Shown here: positions 1-14,255 of the stretch, in pieces
Layout of the letters: each line of letters begins with the position of its first letter
Position numbering within the stretch: the stretch's first letter is position 1
DNA from: Chlorokybus atmophyticus
Lineage: Eukaryota; Plantae; Mesostigma and Chlorokybus algae
Length of the DNA stretch: 64,000 nt
Assembly: GCA_009103225.1 (NCBI GenBank)
Contig: RHPI01000890.1
Location: 275,579-339,578 of the forward strand
Direction: 5' to 3'
Notes under the pieces: generated by a model
Seen by the model: the letters and a program-made list of their open reading frames with translations, nothing else
The model's database searches: none
Told to the model about the DNA's origin: nothing
Position numbers and translations under genes: made by a program

Positions 1-63
1 CAGGCGAGAATGCACGCAACCAGTCAGTTCAGCGCAGGTTCAAACTGCGTCGCAACTCCGCAG

Positions 64-948
64 GTGGGCGAGTGCGTTGTGGTGTGCGAGCCCGAGTGGG
101 AGTCTCTCTTCCAGCAGGCCTGTCCCAAGGGCGCCGCACTGCGCTTCGCTCGCCCCGGCAAGGAACGCCAGGACTCGGTCGCCTCGGGCCTCGCACAGGT
201 ACACAAGCAGTGATGGTCGTGTTTGGACACAACGGAGCATGCCCAAGGGATTGAGACATGCAATCATATTCGTGCACACATGCGCGAGCATGCACACACA
301 TTGGTGCGTGCACGTTTGCACAAGTACACGCGCGTATGCACACATACGTGCAGACACAAGCATGTACGCAAGCGCGCATGCACGCGCATGCATGTGCACT
401 CAGGCTTGTGTGGACACATACAAACGAGCGTGTGCAGGCGCGCATGCGTGCGTGCGGGCGTGTACCCTCAGGCTTGCATGCGCACATACATGTACGTGCA
501 CACGCACCTACACACGCGTGTGCAGGTGAGACCGGAAGCCCTGCTGGTAGCGGTGCACGACAGCGCGAGGCCGCTTGTGTGCGAGACAGACGCGGCCGCT
601 GTATTCGCGGACGCGTGGCAGCACGGCGCGGCGGTGCTTGCTGTTCGTTCCAAGGCAACCATCAAGGAAGCCACGGATGCCACGGGTCGCTTCGTCGCAC
701 GCACGTTGCCACGAGCGTTGCTGTGGGAGATGCAGACACCGCAAGTGGCTCGTCCCGAACTCCTCGCTGAGGGTTTCCGGATTGTCGCCGAGCGTGGACT
801 TGAGGTCACGGATGACGTCTCTGTCATTGAGCACCTCGGCCGCCCCGTATGCATCACCGAGGGCTCGTACACCAACCTCAAAGTCACCACCCCGGAAGAC
901 ATGCTCGTGGCAGAGCGCCTGCTTGAAGGCCAGCTGGCTTTCGTTTGA
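64..948 (+). CDS. ispD: 2-C-methyl-D-erythritol 4-phosphate cytidylyltransferase (MEP pathway), last two exons (64-198, 526-948); 5' part lies outside the window
   Basis: Spliced translation contains IspD motifs GKERQDSVASGL, VAVHDSARPLV, LWEMQTPQV, VTDDVSVIE and NLKVTTPEDM. GT..AG intron 199-525 joins the exons in phase 0. Confidence 0.93.
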
Positions 949-1070
949 ACCCAACACAACACAACAAGCACGGCGGCAACAATTTTGTTGTTTGAAGATT
1001 TCTGATATGATATACATACAATGAACATTACTATGATGTAACAACGTGCTCGTGTGCTTCCGCTCAACAT

Positions 1071-1480
<410 letters not shown>

Positions 1481-2480
1481 NTGGTATTCTGGTGGTTGAA
1501 ACGCGTCCCTTTGGGCGCGCAGTTGTCCTTCATGACAGCTCTGTCTGTTGTAAGCAGCGAGTTGACTTGCTGCATTTCTAGTGATTGCGGCGAGCCTCAA
1601 TGTAGCGCGGCACTACTCACGGTTGAGTCCTTGCTTCTTTGCGTTCTTTGATGTCTGCTGCTTAATGTAGAACTACAAAGAAGTGACGATCGCAAGTAAC
1701 AACTTATTAGTTAGAAACACATTGTGAAACCCAGCAAATAGTTTGTTCAGCACCTTTCGGTGTAGCATGTAACTAACAAACTGTGCCACATATGAACCAT
1801 GTGGACACATCCGCACACCATATCCAGGCAAGCAAGCAGCAAAGTATATATCACCACACGCGACAGAGGGCTGCATATGGGCCCAATGCAACTACGTGCA
1901 TAGTGACCTAGCATAACATGCCACTCATTGGGACGGTTGCAGCTCAGATATCAGTCATCGATGCCAACCCCCGTCAAGTCCATAATATAAACTGATAAGA
2001 TCGTCAACGTACACTGCAAAGAACGTGAGCATGCACCTGGCAACAGGACCGTGTCTGACACACATACACACAGCGCGCGCCCCTCCATCCCCACGCTACA
2101 GAACCGGAAAACTATGCTATGCGCAGCAATACAGTGACAGCAATTCTAATTATACACTTTGATAGCTGCCGGCGCTTCACCAAGTAAAGTCATCAGCGGA
2201 GAGAACATAAGGTGTCACCCAACTGAAGCAATATCTAAACCTACACACTAACCAACTGCCTAATGGAAACGCGGCGCTGGAGTGCCCTGCAGCATGCACA
2301 TCAGCGACTATGGCACGCAAGCCTCTATCAAGCTGATGTACGGCCCCGCATCAATGCTATATCCCCCCAGCCATTGCCCCTAGTGTTGGAGCCTGGCTTT
2401 TCTACCCCTTCCTGTTTACAATAGATAGACAGGAGCCTCTACTATCTTTGCACCTGATCGCCGTGCCTTACTTGCCGTTG

Positions 2481-5400
2481 CTATGCATGGCCATTGGATT
2501 GAGCAGGGGAAGCGATTGAGGGTGCATTGTGTCCATTGGGTGGTGTGCTGCCGTTTGAAAGCTGCGTGGGTGAACACTGTGCCGCATTCATGCTGCTGTC
2601 TTCATCATTGGCACGAGGCGTGGGCACCACGAGCGTGGACAGCAGCAGCACAAGTTCATTTGCAGAAATCGGCTTGGTCAAGTAGCCTGCGCATTGGTAT
2701 GGTCGTGTGATGATGGGCAGAGATGCAGATAAATGATCACCAAAGAAGCTGCAGCTGACACCAGCTACTTGATGACAGTCTTACCATCCATGCCTGCAGA
2801 CAGACACCTCTCCTTGTCGCCAGGCATCGCATGCGCAGTCATGGCACTGCAAACAATGTCGCAAAAGCCCATCAAGCCATGCAAGCGTATCCCAGATATG
2901 TCATGCAATTGCATACACAAACTGACATGATTGGAGTGGATGGCTTGCTAAGCTCGGTCTCAAGCTCGCGTATGCGCATGGTGGCTTCGAGGCCATCCAT
3001 GATGGGCATCTGTATGTCCATGAGGATGACGTCGTAGCTCCCTGTTGTCCAAAGCTCAACAGCCTCGCGCCCGTGCATGGCAACAGTAGAGCGATGACCC
3101 GCTCGCTGCAGCAGGCGAACCGCCAGCATCTGATTAACTTTATTATCTTCAACCAGCAGCACGTTGAGGGCGCCTTTGTTGCTCTGGCGCGTTCTGTGCT
3201 GGTGTTCAGCCTGCTCGTCCTCCGCTTTCCGCTCCAATGACTCTGCCGGCTGCTGCAATGACGACTCCGCGGGCGCTGCCGGCAATAGCGACTTGGGCTG
3301 CAGTGCCTTGCGAACCAACCGCAGCACCAGCGACCTCCGCATGGGCTGATACCACAACAGAGTGTTATTAACATGACACGCTTGACCCGCATTATTATTC
3401 GCGTACACGTACGCATTGCACTGGACACCTCACCTTGAGGAAGAACCCGAGGACTTGTAGCTGTCGACACCGAGCGGCATCCAGCATGAGATCAGTCGAT
3501 GAAAGCATCAGCACTACCAGCAGGTCGGGGCACTTCTGCCTTAGCGCCTCAGTAAAGGTGAAGCCGTCCGTGTTGGGCATGCTTGCGTCCACGAAAGCCA
3601 GCTTGAACAGGTGGGGCGAAGCCAAGCTGAGGGCTTCATCGGCTGAAGCCGCGGTTGTGACTGAGCTGCCCCAACTACTGAGCATCTCGGCCAGGACGCT
3701 GCGTGCGGAGGTGTTGTCATCCACAACAAGGACGGGAAAGCCTCCGAAGCTCGGCAAGGCGTCTTCTCCGAGAGCGGGAGCCACGTCCAGCACTGCCGTG
3801 CAATAGAATGCAGCGCCGTGCGGTTGCACGTCTTCCATCCACATTCTCCCACTCATGTCCGCGGCAATCCGAGAGGATATAGCGAGCCCAAGCCCAGATC
3901 CCCCATACTTGCGCGTGCTAGATTGATCCACCTAAAAAGGAGGGACGTTCAACACATATGCACACAGATTGAGGCAAAACAGACACGTCATGTGATACTA
4001 TCCCAAACCTGTGAGAAGGGCTGGAAGAGCCTGTGCTTCTTATCGTCGGGGACGCCCATGCCGGTATCGCGCACGCATATGCACAGCTCCACTTTGCTGA
4101 AATCCTTCTTGTGCTCGCTGCTGTCCTCCACAACCGACACGTCCATCGTGATCTCGCCCTCGTCGGTGAACTTCACCGAGTTGCTCAGCAGGTTGACGGC
4201 AACCTGGACGAGGCGGTCGGGGTCACCGCGAAGGCGGACGGGCACGTTGGGATGCACTCGACATATGAGCTCGAGCCCCTTCGCCTGCGCCCTCACTCCA
4301 AGCATCTGTGCCGCATGCTCAAGCCGGTCCGCCACAACGAACTCCACGCACGGCTTTGGCAGCGGCGACAGCGATGAGTGAGGCTGCTGCTTCTGCTTGC
4401 TGTGCGCCTCCATGTACGAGAAGTCCAGTATGTCCTTCAGGAGGTGAAGCAGATGAAGTGCAGAGGACTTGACCTGCGACACAAATGCTGAATTTCGGCG
4501 AGAGACACTCCAGTAGCAGCATGTTTGATACAATGTTACTTTGTGCATAGCATAGGTTTCAAGAATAGATGCTACCCACGCAGCAGTGAAACGAAAATTG
4601 ATCTTCTGGCAACCACTGAATGAGGCACCTTGCATTCTTTTACGTTGGCCCTTACCAGTGCCAACAGCTCGCGCTGTTCCGGATTGAGTTCCGTCTCAAG
4701 CGTCAGCTCCGTCATCCCCAACACGCCATTCAACTGAAAGATGATAAGTTGAGCTTGACTATTGAACAATGATCGCTGACATTTTGCAAGTTTCTTGGCT
4801 TATGCTTACAGGTGTGCGTATCTCGTGAGAGACGTTGGCGAGGAAGGCGCTCTTGGCTTCGGACGCCTGCTCGGCGAGAATCTTGGCATGCGCGAGCTGC
4901 TTGGTGCGACGGGCGACACTCTGCTCATTCATGACCCGGATTCAATTAAGCAACCCGGGCAGCTTACTTATTTTGAAGTTTGAGCATAGGTCGAGGGTAG
5001 TTCACCCCCGAGGCCTCTAATCAATCGCTTTACCTGCTCTAAATGCTGGTGACTGTGCTGCAGCTGCCTCGCCATATGGTTGAACGTCTTGGCCAAGCGG
5101 CCGATCTCATTGTGCTTCTGCTTGACCTCTGCGCGGGCGCTCAGGTTGCCCTCGCCGATGGCCGTGGCAGCCGCCGCGAGGGCCGTGATAGGCCGGGTAA
5201 TGTGGTGCGCCAACCACAGCGCCGCCACAACCCCCACAGTCACAACAGAAAGATACACTACAACCATGATGGTTCGCAGCCGATTGACCTGCTCGTAGGC
5301 TACACTCTTGTCCATCATTGAGACCTGCGTCCGACAAATCGATCGTGTCACCTATCAAGCATTGCTAATCTAGTCACAGAGCGATGAAACTACTTACAAT

Positions 5401-8007
5401 GCCCCAGCTGGTGTTGCCAACGATGGCAGGAAAAGTGTTATCCACCAAGCAACTGCCCTTGGCAGCATCTGCAGCCGCTTGAAGAACGGAAGTGCTCAAA
5501 GGGTACCTGTGTCCAGTGTCCAGTGTGACAACATTAGCATTAATAGGCAAGCTCTTGCGTGCAGGTAGCCCTCAGCAGAAGCAGATGCTGGCTGTGACTA
5601 TGGTGATGCAAGCGTACCCAAGAGGGCGGTAGTGAGCCACCACGGTAACGTTGGCGTAATTGGGAGCAATAACTGAGCCGGCCTGGCCAAGGAGCGCAAG
5701 CTGCATGGGCCTGCCTTGACCGTAAAATGACAGTCGCAGACTGTCGGCGTTGTTTGGCGGCATGATGAAATCGATGTAATCACCATTGCGAGCAGCGAGC
5801 ACCACCTGGCCACTCTCCTGCAATCCCGTCCTGTTATGCAGGACATCGTACATGGTGGCTGCCGGCGCGGACACAATACCGACCGCCACAAGCTTTGTCT
5901 GGGCAGACGCTGAGGAGTCCAATGACGCCCTGTCCAGAGGGATGCAAATTGGGCCGCCCACTCTGACCTCCCAAGAATTTTGCAGCGTCCTATAAGGGAG
6001 GCCCATTGAGTTCTGCACCCGTCCCTGCATAGCAACGCAAGAATTAGGAGTTGCACCATCAGCACACCACGAAGGCAGGCACATAGAAACAAACAAGTTT
6101 GCAGGGCTCAAGCTGCAGTGCGTTATGCGCACCTGTTGGAATTCGAGTAAATCCACCTTCTGCCCGATAGCCAAGCGCACTTCATCGTTGGACATAATGA
6201 CGGTGCCATTTAGCGACACCACTGCCTCCAGCTTGACGGCGCTAGAGGCGAGGACCCTTGGCGTCTGGTCTCGCAGGTAGTCCTCATCAATAGTTTGAGC
6301 GATGAAGTGATCGTACAGCAATGGCAAAAGAAGGCGGCGCTGCGTCAAAAATGTGACCGTCGTTTCTGTGCTGTTGATTAGCGACACCAGTGACAGCTGG
6401 CGGTTCAACACGACCACTTCCAATTGAGTATGCACAGCAGCGATGGACTGATGCCGCAATACCAACCTGCCATAACATCGAGCATCAATGGTTGCAAGAA
6501 TGCTAACAACAATGTGTGAAAAAACCACGAGCAATGAGCGCTACAGCAGCTCGCTTTGCACACGAAGGCCCTGGATGACAAGATTAGGCACGGTATGATG
6601 AGCTCTCTTGAGCCACATGTTGGACTGACTGAGTCACATTCTGTGCTATGGCTTTAGGCTAACATATTCGAGGATGACAGGCGACTTCATCACAATTCAC
6701 TGAAGGGCGTGACTGCTCACCAAAATGTTAAAGAGGGTATGCCTGATGTGATTGTGACAATGGCCACAATCGTCAGCGCGATCTTGAGCCATATTGAGTG
6801 CAATTGCAGTCGTCCGCATGCTCCCAGCCGCCGCTTGCGACCGTTCTGTTTGCAAGAAAGATACTGCAATTATCACATCCGCATCCTATAGCCTCAACTA
6901 AACCCGGTGACCAAATGAGGAAGCTGATGGTGGGTTGCGCAGACATTGCTGATGAGCTAGATTACAACTGTCTTACCGCTACGCTCTGACTGCCAGACTC
7001 TGTTTCGCTTGCAAGAGGACTAATTCCGCATGGAGAAAACTTGGTGTCGTCATCTTCATCTTCTGTCAACACCTGTAACTAATAACGCAGCATATGAAGT
7101 AGCGTGAGACCACTGAAGCAGTCGTCATACTCTTGATGACTAAGCTTGCCACACGGTGCCTAACAACTCCGAATCACCAACAACAAACCACTCAGCATTT
7201 AACCGCCAACCAATTGCCGAGGCTCCAACTGCGCTGCCGCTCACACCAAAGCAAGCGCTCATACAAGTCAAGCAGGCAAAATACATACAACTGTCTCAAG
7301 AAACCCGCAGCCAGCTGCCCGGCCGACAAGGGCTTTTCGTGCTCAGTACCATGGCAGTGCAGTCTGGCAATCAACACACCAAGGCAGTGTGTTGTGACAG
7401 CAGAATGCCCTTGTAATGACAAAAACGCCGCAAGCTGACTGCCATATAGCTGCATGGTTTTCCATTGATCATGCTGTTGCAAGGCGATCAGCTGGCAAGC
7501 GCTTGTCGCAGCCTGAGTGAGCGTGATGCTCAACGCAAACAGCCGTACTGCAACTGCTGCGTCAAACTACCATTCCCAATATACAGGACGCTCAACTAAC
7601 ATGATACATTCACACCTTAGGCACGCTCATTTGCGCTGCTAGAGTTTCAGTGGACAGCAGCCAATGCACTATTGTTTACACGGCGCCAGCTATGGCCATT
7701 GACTGATGGGACGCGGAGCATAATCACACGCAGTTTGGTAAGCTAGTAGTCCTGCTTTCAGCATCCCAACTTGCAGTAGAAGTTGCACAGCCTGTGCTGT
7801 GCTCACCTGCCGCTCATCCTTGGGGTCGGCGGAGCCGGCGCTGGGCTTCTGCGCGACGAGGACGTCCACCGCAACGTGCTCCTTCGAAGAGTGCTGGAGC
7901 TGCAGCACACGTTGCTGCCGCCCCTCCAGAGCGGCGACGGAACTGGATGCATTCATGCAAGAAACTTCCGTCACGACGTCCCTCAACTCAACGTCCTGCT
8001 GCTCCAC
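2481..8007 (-). CDS. Multi-exon membrane hybrid histidine kinase: TM - Cache-like extracellular sensor - TM - HAMP - HisKA - HATPase_c - REC - REC (start codon and 5' exons tentative)
   Basis: TM1 IWLKIALTIVAIVTITSG (~6790-6715); Cache-like segment (TGLQESGQVVLAARNG..., VVAHYRPL); TM2 and HAMP (ITRPITALAAAATAIGEGNL..NEIGRLAKTFNHM); H-box FLANVSHEIRTP-LNGVLGM; N-box NLLSNSVKFT; G-boxes VRDTGMGV and YGGSGLGLAIS; REC1 VLVVDDN..AFVDASMP; REC2 LLVEDN..ILMDIQMPIMDG. Stop codon at 2481-2483. Confidence 0.92.
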
Positions 8008-9208
8008 GCCACGCGCCGCCTCGCCACGTGACGCTCCGCTCCGCTACGCCCTGCCACGCCCTGCTACGCCTCCGCCCCGCCGCCCTCACACCCTCCTAAC
8101 TTAGCGCCCAGCACCACGCTCTAGCGTGCCTCCCCTGCACCGCAGCGGACGGCAAGACTCCCGCCCTGCACCGCCGGCCCGTGGTGCCCGTGCTCCTCGC
8201 CGCCGTCGTGCTCCTTGGCGTCGCCCTCCACCTCCGCGGCTGAGCCCTGCGGCTCGCACTGAATCTTCTGCAACGTTAAGGCTCAGGAGACATTAAGGTC
8301 TGCCTAACAGGTGGGTCTTAACATTTTAAAGGTATCTGGTGGACATAAGCGGTTTGAATCCTACCGCAGAGGCCCCCAATCATCACGACCGGTACACTGT
8401 AATTGGGGACCTATGCTGTATCCGCTACTTCCGCTGTCTACTGCGCTAGTCATGATGAGGGACGCTGTGTGTGATGCGTTGCGTGTGATAACTGATTCGT
8501 AAAAAGTACTGGGCACGGTTGAGGGGATGGTTTGTAGGCTGCTAGGTAGCGCCGAGCACGCTGTACATCGTACAGTACAGTGTACAGTGTCGGTCTCACG
8601 ATGTACTGACGCCGGCAGGGGAGCCGCATGTCACTTGCGGCAGTGCCGCCCGTGTCGCTTCCCGCCACCGATTGACGTACGCTGACTTCATAACCTGTGC
8701 AGTTATGGACCATAACTGCATAACTTATGGTCATTGCAGGTAATCATGCACTGTGGCTGCCATTCGCTCTGGTTTTGCTGGTGGCCACCTACGTTACCAC
8801 TGCATGAGTGATTACTACATGCCACCTGCCACCGCGGACACTTCGCAAAGATTATCATCTGAGTGCCGTTCGTACATGTCCCTTCACATGTCGTTGTCGG
8901 GAGATTGGACAGTGCAGATCTGATCATCAGGGCCATGTTTTGCCAGGGCTTGCAGTGGTGCAGCACTGGTGCTATCATTGGTCAGGGGGCGTGCGTCAAA
9001 GCTTGGCAATGACGTAAGCAGGTTCAGAGTATCCAGTAGCGAATCGTAACCCCAATGATTCAGCGCGCAAACTGCCACACACAGCCTGTGCTTGCCAATC
9101 AGCAGCATCGTTGAGTCCAAATTGGTGGGAGGGTGCGCGGCATGCAGTTGTTATTGGCCATGCATGGGCCAATGGCCCAGGACCACACTTGGGAACGGGC
9201 CCTAACTT

Positions 9209-9373
9209 GGGGATATGCCGTTTTTGACTTTAAGGGCTAATACTATTAACCCTTAAAAGTCAAACGTCAGCTTATTAGGCTACTAGGTGTGCTTTTTGGT
9301 TTCGATCCGTACTACGAGCGTCCTTAGTGGCTGCGAATCGTTTAGGACACTGAGGTCAAAAGCCATATACTCC
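9209..9373. repeat. Small MITE-like unit with an internal ~42-bp hairpin
   Basis: Hairpin tttgactttaaggg..taata-c-tatta..cccttaaaagtcaaa at 9223-9264. Imperfect terminal inversion ggggatatgccgtttttgac / gtcaaaagccatatactcc. No target-site duplication seen. Confidence 0.4.
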
Positions 9374-12032
9374 AATAAATGGTAACATCAATGCACATTT
9401 CATGCTACAAATTGTGCAGCCTACCATGCGGATTTGTAACTTAAAGTTTGCATGAATTGACTCATGATGTGGCTTGTATAGTGGGGAATAGTGCAAACCA
9501 AAAAACTCATCTCTTATGTTAGCATAATATCATAATTTGGTGCACTCAAGTGTGCATCATTGTGATGGTGGTGGGCGTTGCTAACCTCTCCCTCTGCCTC
9601 CCTGCGCTACTCATCCTGCACATGGTGGTTAGCCTATATAGCTTATAGCTACATTGCTATCGTGGTGGTATTGTGCTTGTATATCTGTGAACGCAGTCTG
9701 CAGTGTGCTTTGCTTTATGGCTTCTCTCTGCTATAATCGATGCATCATTGTGATTGAGACATGTTAATTGAAATGATCATTTATTTTATGTCATTAAATG
9801 GGGGTGTGGCCCCTAAAAATGGGTAATGTAACAATTTGGTCAAACTTCATAGTTATAATATCAATTGGTTTGCTGTATGGTGTGGTTAACAAGACCTTGC
9901 TTCTCAATCTGACGTAAATATGTGTTTTTGTGCAAACATGTCTGATCCATCTAAGTTGAGGCAAAAGTACGGGAGGGGTCGAATCCTTATGTTCGTTGGA
10001 TATATAAGAAATCAGCATAAAGACTACATTTACAACTAAAGCCGTAGCTTTTATTGAGTTCATGTATCATAGTCCAGTGTTGTATTAAGATACATTGCGT
10101 GATGCGGCCCCCATCCTGCAGCCCCCGCTCTGCACCGGCAAGTGCATAGCGATTGTGTGTAAGCTGCTGCTATGCATGAATGCAATGAGAGATGGTGTGC
10201 TTGGTCAGCGGTGTCATGAGTGTTGGAAGCGGTTCGCGCAAATGCGTATTATTATAACTGCGTATTATTATAAAGTACAACAATGGTCGTGCTCAGCTTG
10301 GCAACAAAAGACGGATGGGCAGACAAAACACATATATGTGCAAGTAACAACATAGCACGTGATATGCTGGTTGTCGCATGTGTGTGTCAATGCCAATGTT
10401 GCTATGTTGAGGTGTAAGTTTATTGATGACAATTTGTATATGATTGTATTTTGCGTTACCGTGTAATGTTGCTTGTGTGTCAATTGCTGGGTGTATACTT
10501 GGCCTACTATTGACACTGCATGCATCACTGACACGCGTTGTGCATACAATTAAAATCTCAAATCCTCCACGTACGCACGCACACGCACATGCAAGCACAC
10601 GTGCACACACAACAGTCCGTGTGGGCATGTGATATAATTGCGCATGCAGGCTTGGATGACTTAGGGGTGGTACTACTACATAGTAGTGGTAGTGTGATTA
10701 TGTAGGTGAGAGAGTTGTGTAGCCCAATAGTGAGTGTACTACCAACAATTGTGCTTGTTGCTACATGTACGTCATGTGCTTGGGCTCTTTGATGCATGCA
10801 CAATGCACACTTGTAATGCCATTACGTGTACTCTAAGAGTACATATAATATGCCTAGGGTTTGATCAAACCGTCCACTCCTCTGTCGACCTGCAAATACT
10901 TACAAGCATTACCAGCTACATGACTACAATTGCAATGAGGTACAAGTTGTGAAGTGTGAAAAGTGAGAATGGTTGTTGGTGCAACATAGCATCGACCATA
11001 TAATGCTCGGCATATACACAAGATGCAACGGAAATGTCATGCATACATTATGTGTATGGCTTGTGTACTATGCCAGCGGCAAAGTACACAACAAATGATG
11101 AAGGCCAATTAGTCAAGCAAGCACACAACACATCCAAGCTTGAAAACACAGCACAAGCCAGGGCAAGACAACGGGGTGGGGGGGCCCACGAAGCTATAGC
11201 TAAGTGCACTAGCTATAGACTAGCTGTAGACTTGGGGAGGGGTGGGGGTAGCGGCAAGCAAAAGAAGCACCTGCAGAGCATCGTGGAGGAGGGAGAAGTT
11301 AGCCGCCAGCCAACGCCGCCACCAACCGCGATCAAAGTTTGTGTCAATGCTCCCTAGGTGTAACATATATGGTTATGGGACATATCATACGAAAATTTTG
11401 TCACGGATCAGCCTTGGCCCGCACGTACGGACCAGGGCCAAAACGCCCGGGCGGCTTGGGGTCCAGACCAGGGACTACCGATTTGGTTTGCACACGGGGA
11501 ACAGGACTGGTTCAAACAGTACAATTTACCCCCGTTAAAAGACTTCGGTTTAAGAGAATACCCCGCTAAAATCATACAATATTAAAAGACCAATCGTTTT
11601 ACAGGCAAATGCGTTTGGCTAGTGGTATAGTCTTGTATGTAATAAGACTAATGTTACCGCATTCAAAAACCAATGGTCATATGCTCTTATCGGGGTAGCA
11701 GTGCTGTGCGCAAGGGCACAAGCCAGCATTTGTACTCTTGTGCCGTTGTGCCCATGCAAGTGCTCTTTGCCTTACGCCGCAAACCCACAGTTGCAGAGCT
11801 AACCGGTCGCCGTGGAGGAGCGCTAAGATGAGGCGGCGGCGCGAGGGGCAGCGGCGGCGGCGGCAAGAGGTCTAGTTAGGTAGAAATAGATGCCTTGGTG
11901 CAGGGGACGGCTGTTTAGGGGCTGAAGGGCTTCCGTTGAGGTGTGTGCATTGTGTTCGTGCGCGTGTGTGTTTGTGTATGGTTGAGACTGTTTGTGTGGA
12001 CCAAGGATAATGTATGCGTCTTGTAGGCTAAC

Positions 12033-14255
12033 ATGTCCGCACCACAGCCAGTCAAGCGCACCACCATCACACTCAAGGACAAAAAGCGCATCCTAGAATT
12101 GTATGATGAGTTGTGTGAGACCGCCAACGTGAGGCAAGAGAATTTCATTGCAAGCATAAAAAGCAAGTTAAAGTTGGATATCAAACAGAGTGCGTTGTCC
12201 AAGTTGTTAAACAACCGTGACAAGATCATAGTGGACACTCTAGCCCAGAGTGGTAATTTTGCTGCAAGTGCTAAGCGTATGCGGCTTGCGGCACATCGTA
12301 AGTTGGAGGACGCCTTGTATGCATGGTTCACACAAGCACGGGCTCGCAACATCACCGTCACAGACATTATATTCATGAAAAAAGGCCTAGACTTTGCTAG
12401 TAAGTTGAACATAAAAGATTTTAATGCATCGCATGGGTGGGTGAATCGGTTCAAGAAACGTCATGGCATCTCCGCCAAAACACTGCACGGTGAGGCTGAT
12501 GACGCAAACGAAGATGAAGTTGACATGGCTTGAGCTGACTTGCCCGAGATCCTTAAAGAGTACGGTGTTGCCAACACCTTCAACATGCACGAGAGCGGCG
12601 TTTTCTACCGTGCTTGTCCATGTCGCTCATTGGTCGCTGAAAGTGAAGATGCTAGGGGGGGGAAGAGAGAGAAGGATAGATTTGTACTGGCGTTGTGTGT
12701 GAATGCGGATGGCTCCGAGAAGTTCCCACTTCTTCTCATTGGCACATTCAAGCGCCCAAAGTCGTTTGGCAGCACATGGACTCCTACTAGGAGTACTACT
12801 ACTAGGAGTATAGTATACGCATTGGTGTTGAGCACTACAACAACAAGAAAGCTTGGATGAACGCGGAGGTAAGATGTTTGTAAGTGTTGTAGGGTTGTAG
12901 AGTTTATGTCATCGCAAGTTGACTTGCATTGTAGGTCCGTGTTGGCACTGAGTGTTGTTGTCATGCAGATCTTCAGCCGCTGGCTCTGCAGCTACGCCCT
13001 ACAGATGAAGCTACAGAAGCGCAATGTCTTGTTGCTGCTCGACAATTTTTCCACGCATGCTTGCAGGTATGGGTAACCGGGCATGGAGAAAGGTTTCAAT
13101 AACGCTGCAGGCGGACATGGTAAAATGTCTATTTCTACCTCCCAACACAACCAGCAAAGTTCAACCTCTGAACGCAGGCATTATCGTTGCGTTCAAGGTC
13201 AGGTTTGTGTTGTTTCATTTACTGTTGCTGCGTCGCTACCACTAGTCTGACACTGAATAGTAACTTGCAAATTGCGTGTCAATTCAGCTAACTTGTTGGA
13301 AAATTTTGTCCCGGGGGGGGGGGGGGNNNNNNNNNNNNNNNNNNNNNNNNNNNNNNNNNNNNNNNNNNNNNNNNNNNNNNNNNNNNNNNNNNNNNNNNNN
13401 NNNNNNNNNNNNNNNNNNNNNNNNNNNNNNNNNNNNNNNNNNNNNNNNNNCCCCCCCCCCCCCGGACCCCCCTTATTTTTAAACAGTTGTTATGCTTTCT
13501 CGTTTTGTTTGTGACAGGTACAAGTGCAAGCTTGTTGCAAGCTTGTTGCAGCAATACGACGCAGAGCATCGGCTTTCGCAAAGTTAAGGTGCGGTTTAAG
13601 GAGGCAGTCACATGGTGTCGCGAGGCATACGGGGAGCTCACCGCACTCACTTTCACGAATTATTTGCGTAGGAGTGGCATCATCCCTTCGGCTTGGCACG
13701 CGCCCACTCCCGACACACGAGAGCAGGCTATTGTGCTCAAGATCGGTGACATCATGCAGCGTCCTCCCATTCCAGAGGTGCTTGCACTTGCTGAGTTCAT
13801 CCACGCTGATGACGCTCTTCCCACCGAAGCCGGACAGAGCGACGAGGACATCCTCGAAAGCGTTGGAGCGGCAGAAGGGCCCCCCCATGATGAGCATGTT
13901 GAGGATGAAGGTGAGAGGGTGGATTAAAATGTGTGTACATGTGTATGAGTATGAGTAGGCACAAACATTGGATGTGTTGCAAATGATGATGAGGAGGAAG
14001 AATTGCCCCCGTGTGTCACAGTGGCGGAAAGGCATGAGGTTTTTGGATGGTGTGGAGGCTTTCATCGCCACCAACAACTGCCCTATCTCCGAGCATCATC
14101 AGCTCACATTACGGCAGCTGCGTAATGTGGTCATTAAGCATCAGCTCTTTGATGTTGGCCATCAAACCCGCATACAAGACTTTTTCACTACGAGTTCTTC
14201 TGTACATGTCGCTAGCTCTGGTGGCACTGGCGATGAGCCCATTGTCGTAGAGTAA
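12033..14255 (+). pseudogene. Decayed intron-containing pogo/Tigger transposase (CENP-B-type HTH + DDE_1)
   Basis: HTH motifs (ITLKDKKRIL; LEDALYAWFTQAR; FNASHGWVNRFKKRHGI). In-frame TGA at 12531-33. Catalytic motifs altered: NMHESG for NxDETG and QPLNAG for QPLDxG, while LLLLDN is intact. GT-AG intron 12869-12968 sits in NAE|IFSRW. C-terminal PIP-box-like QTRIQDFF. Interrupted by an N-gap. Confidence 0.88.
13327..13450. other. Assembly gap flanked by poly-G/poly-C
   Basis: Run of N. Similar gaps at 18499-19066 and 61633-61907. Confidence 0.99.
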
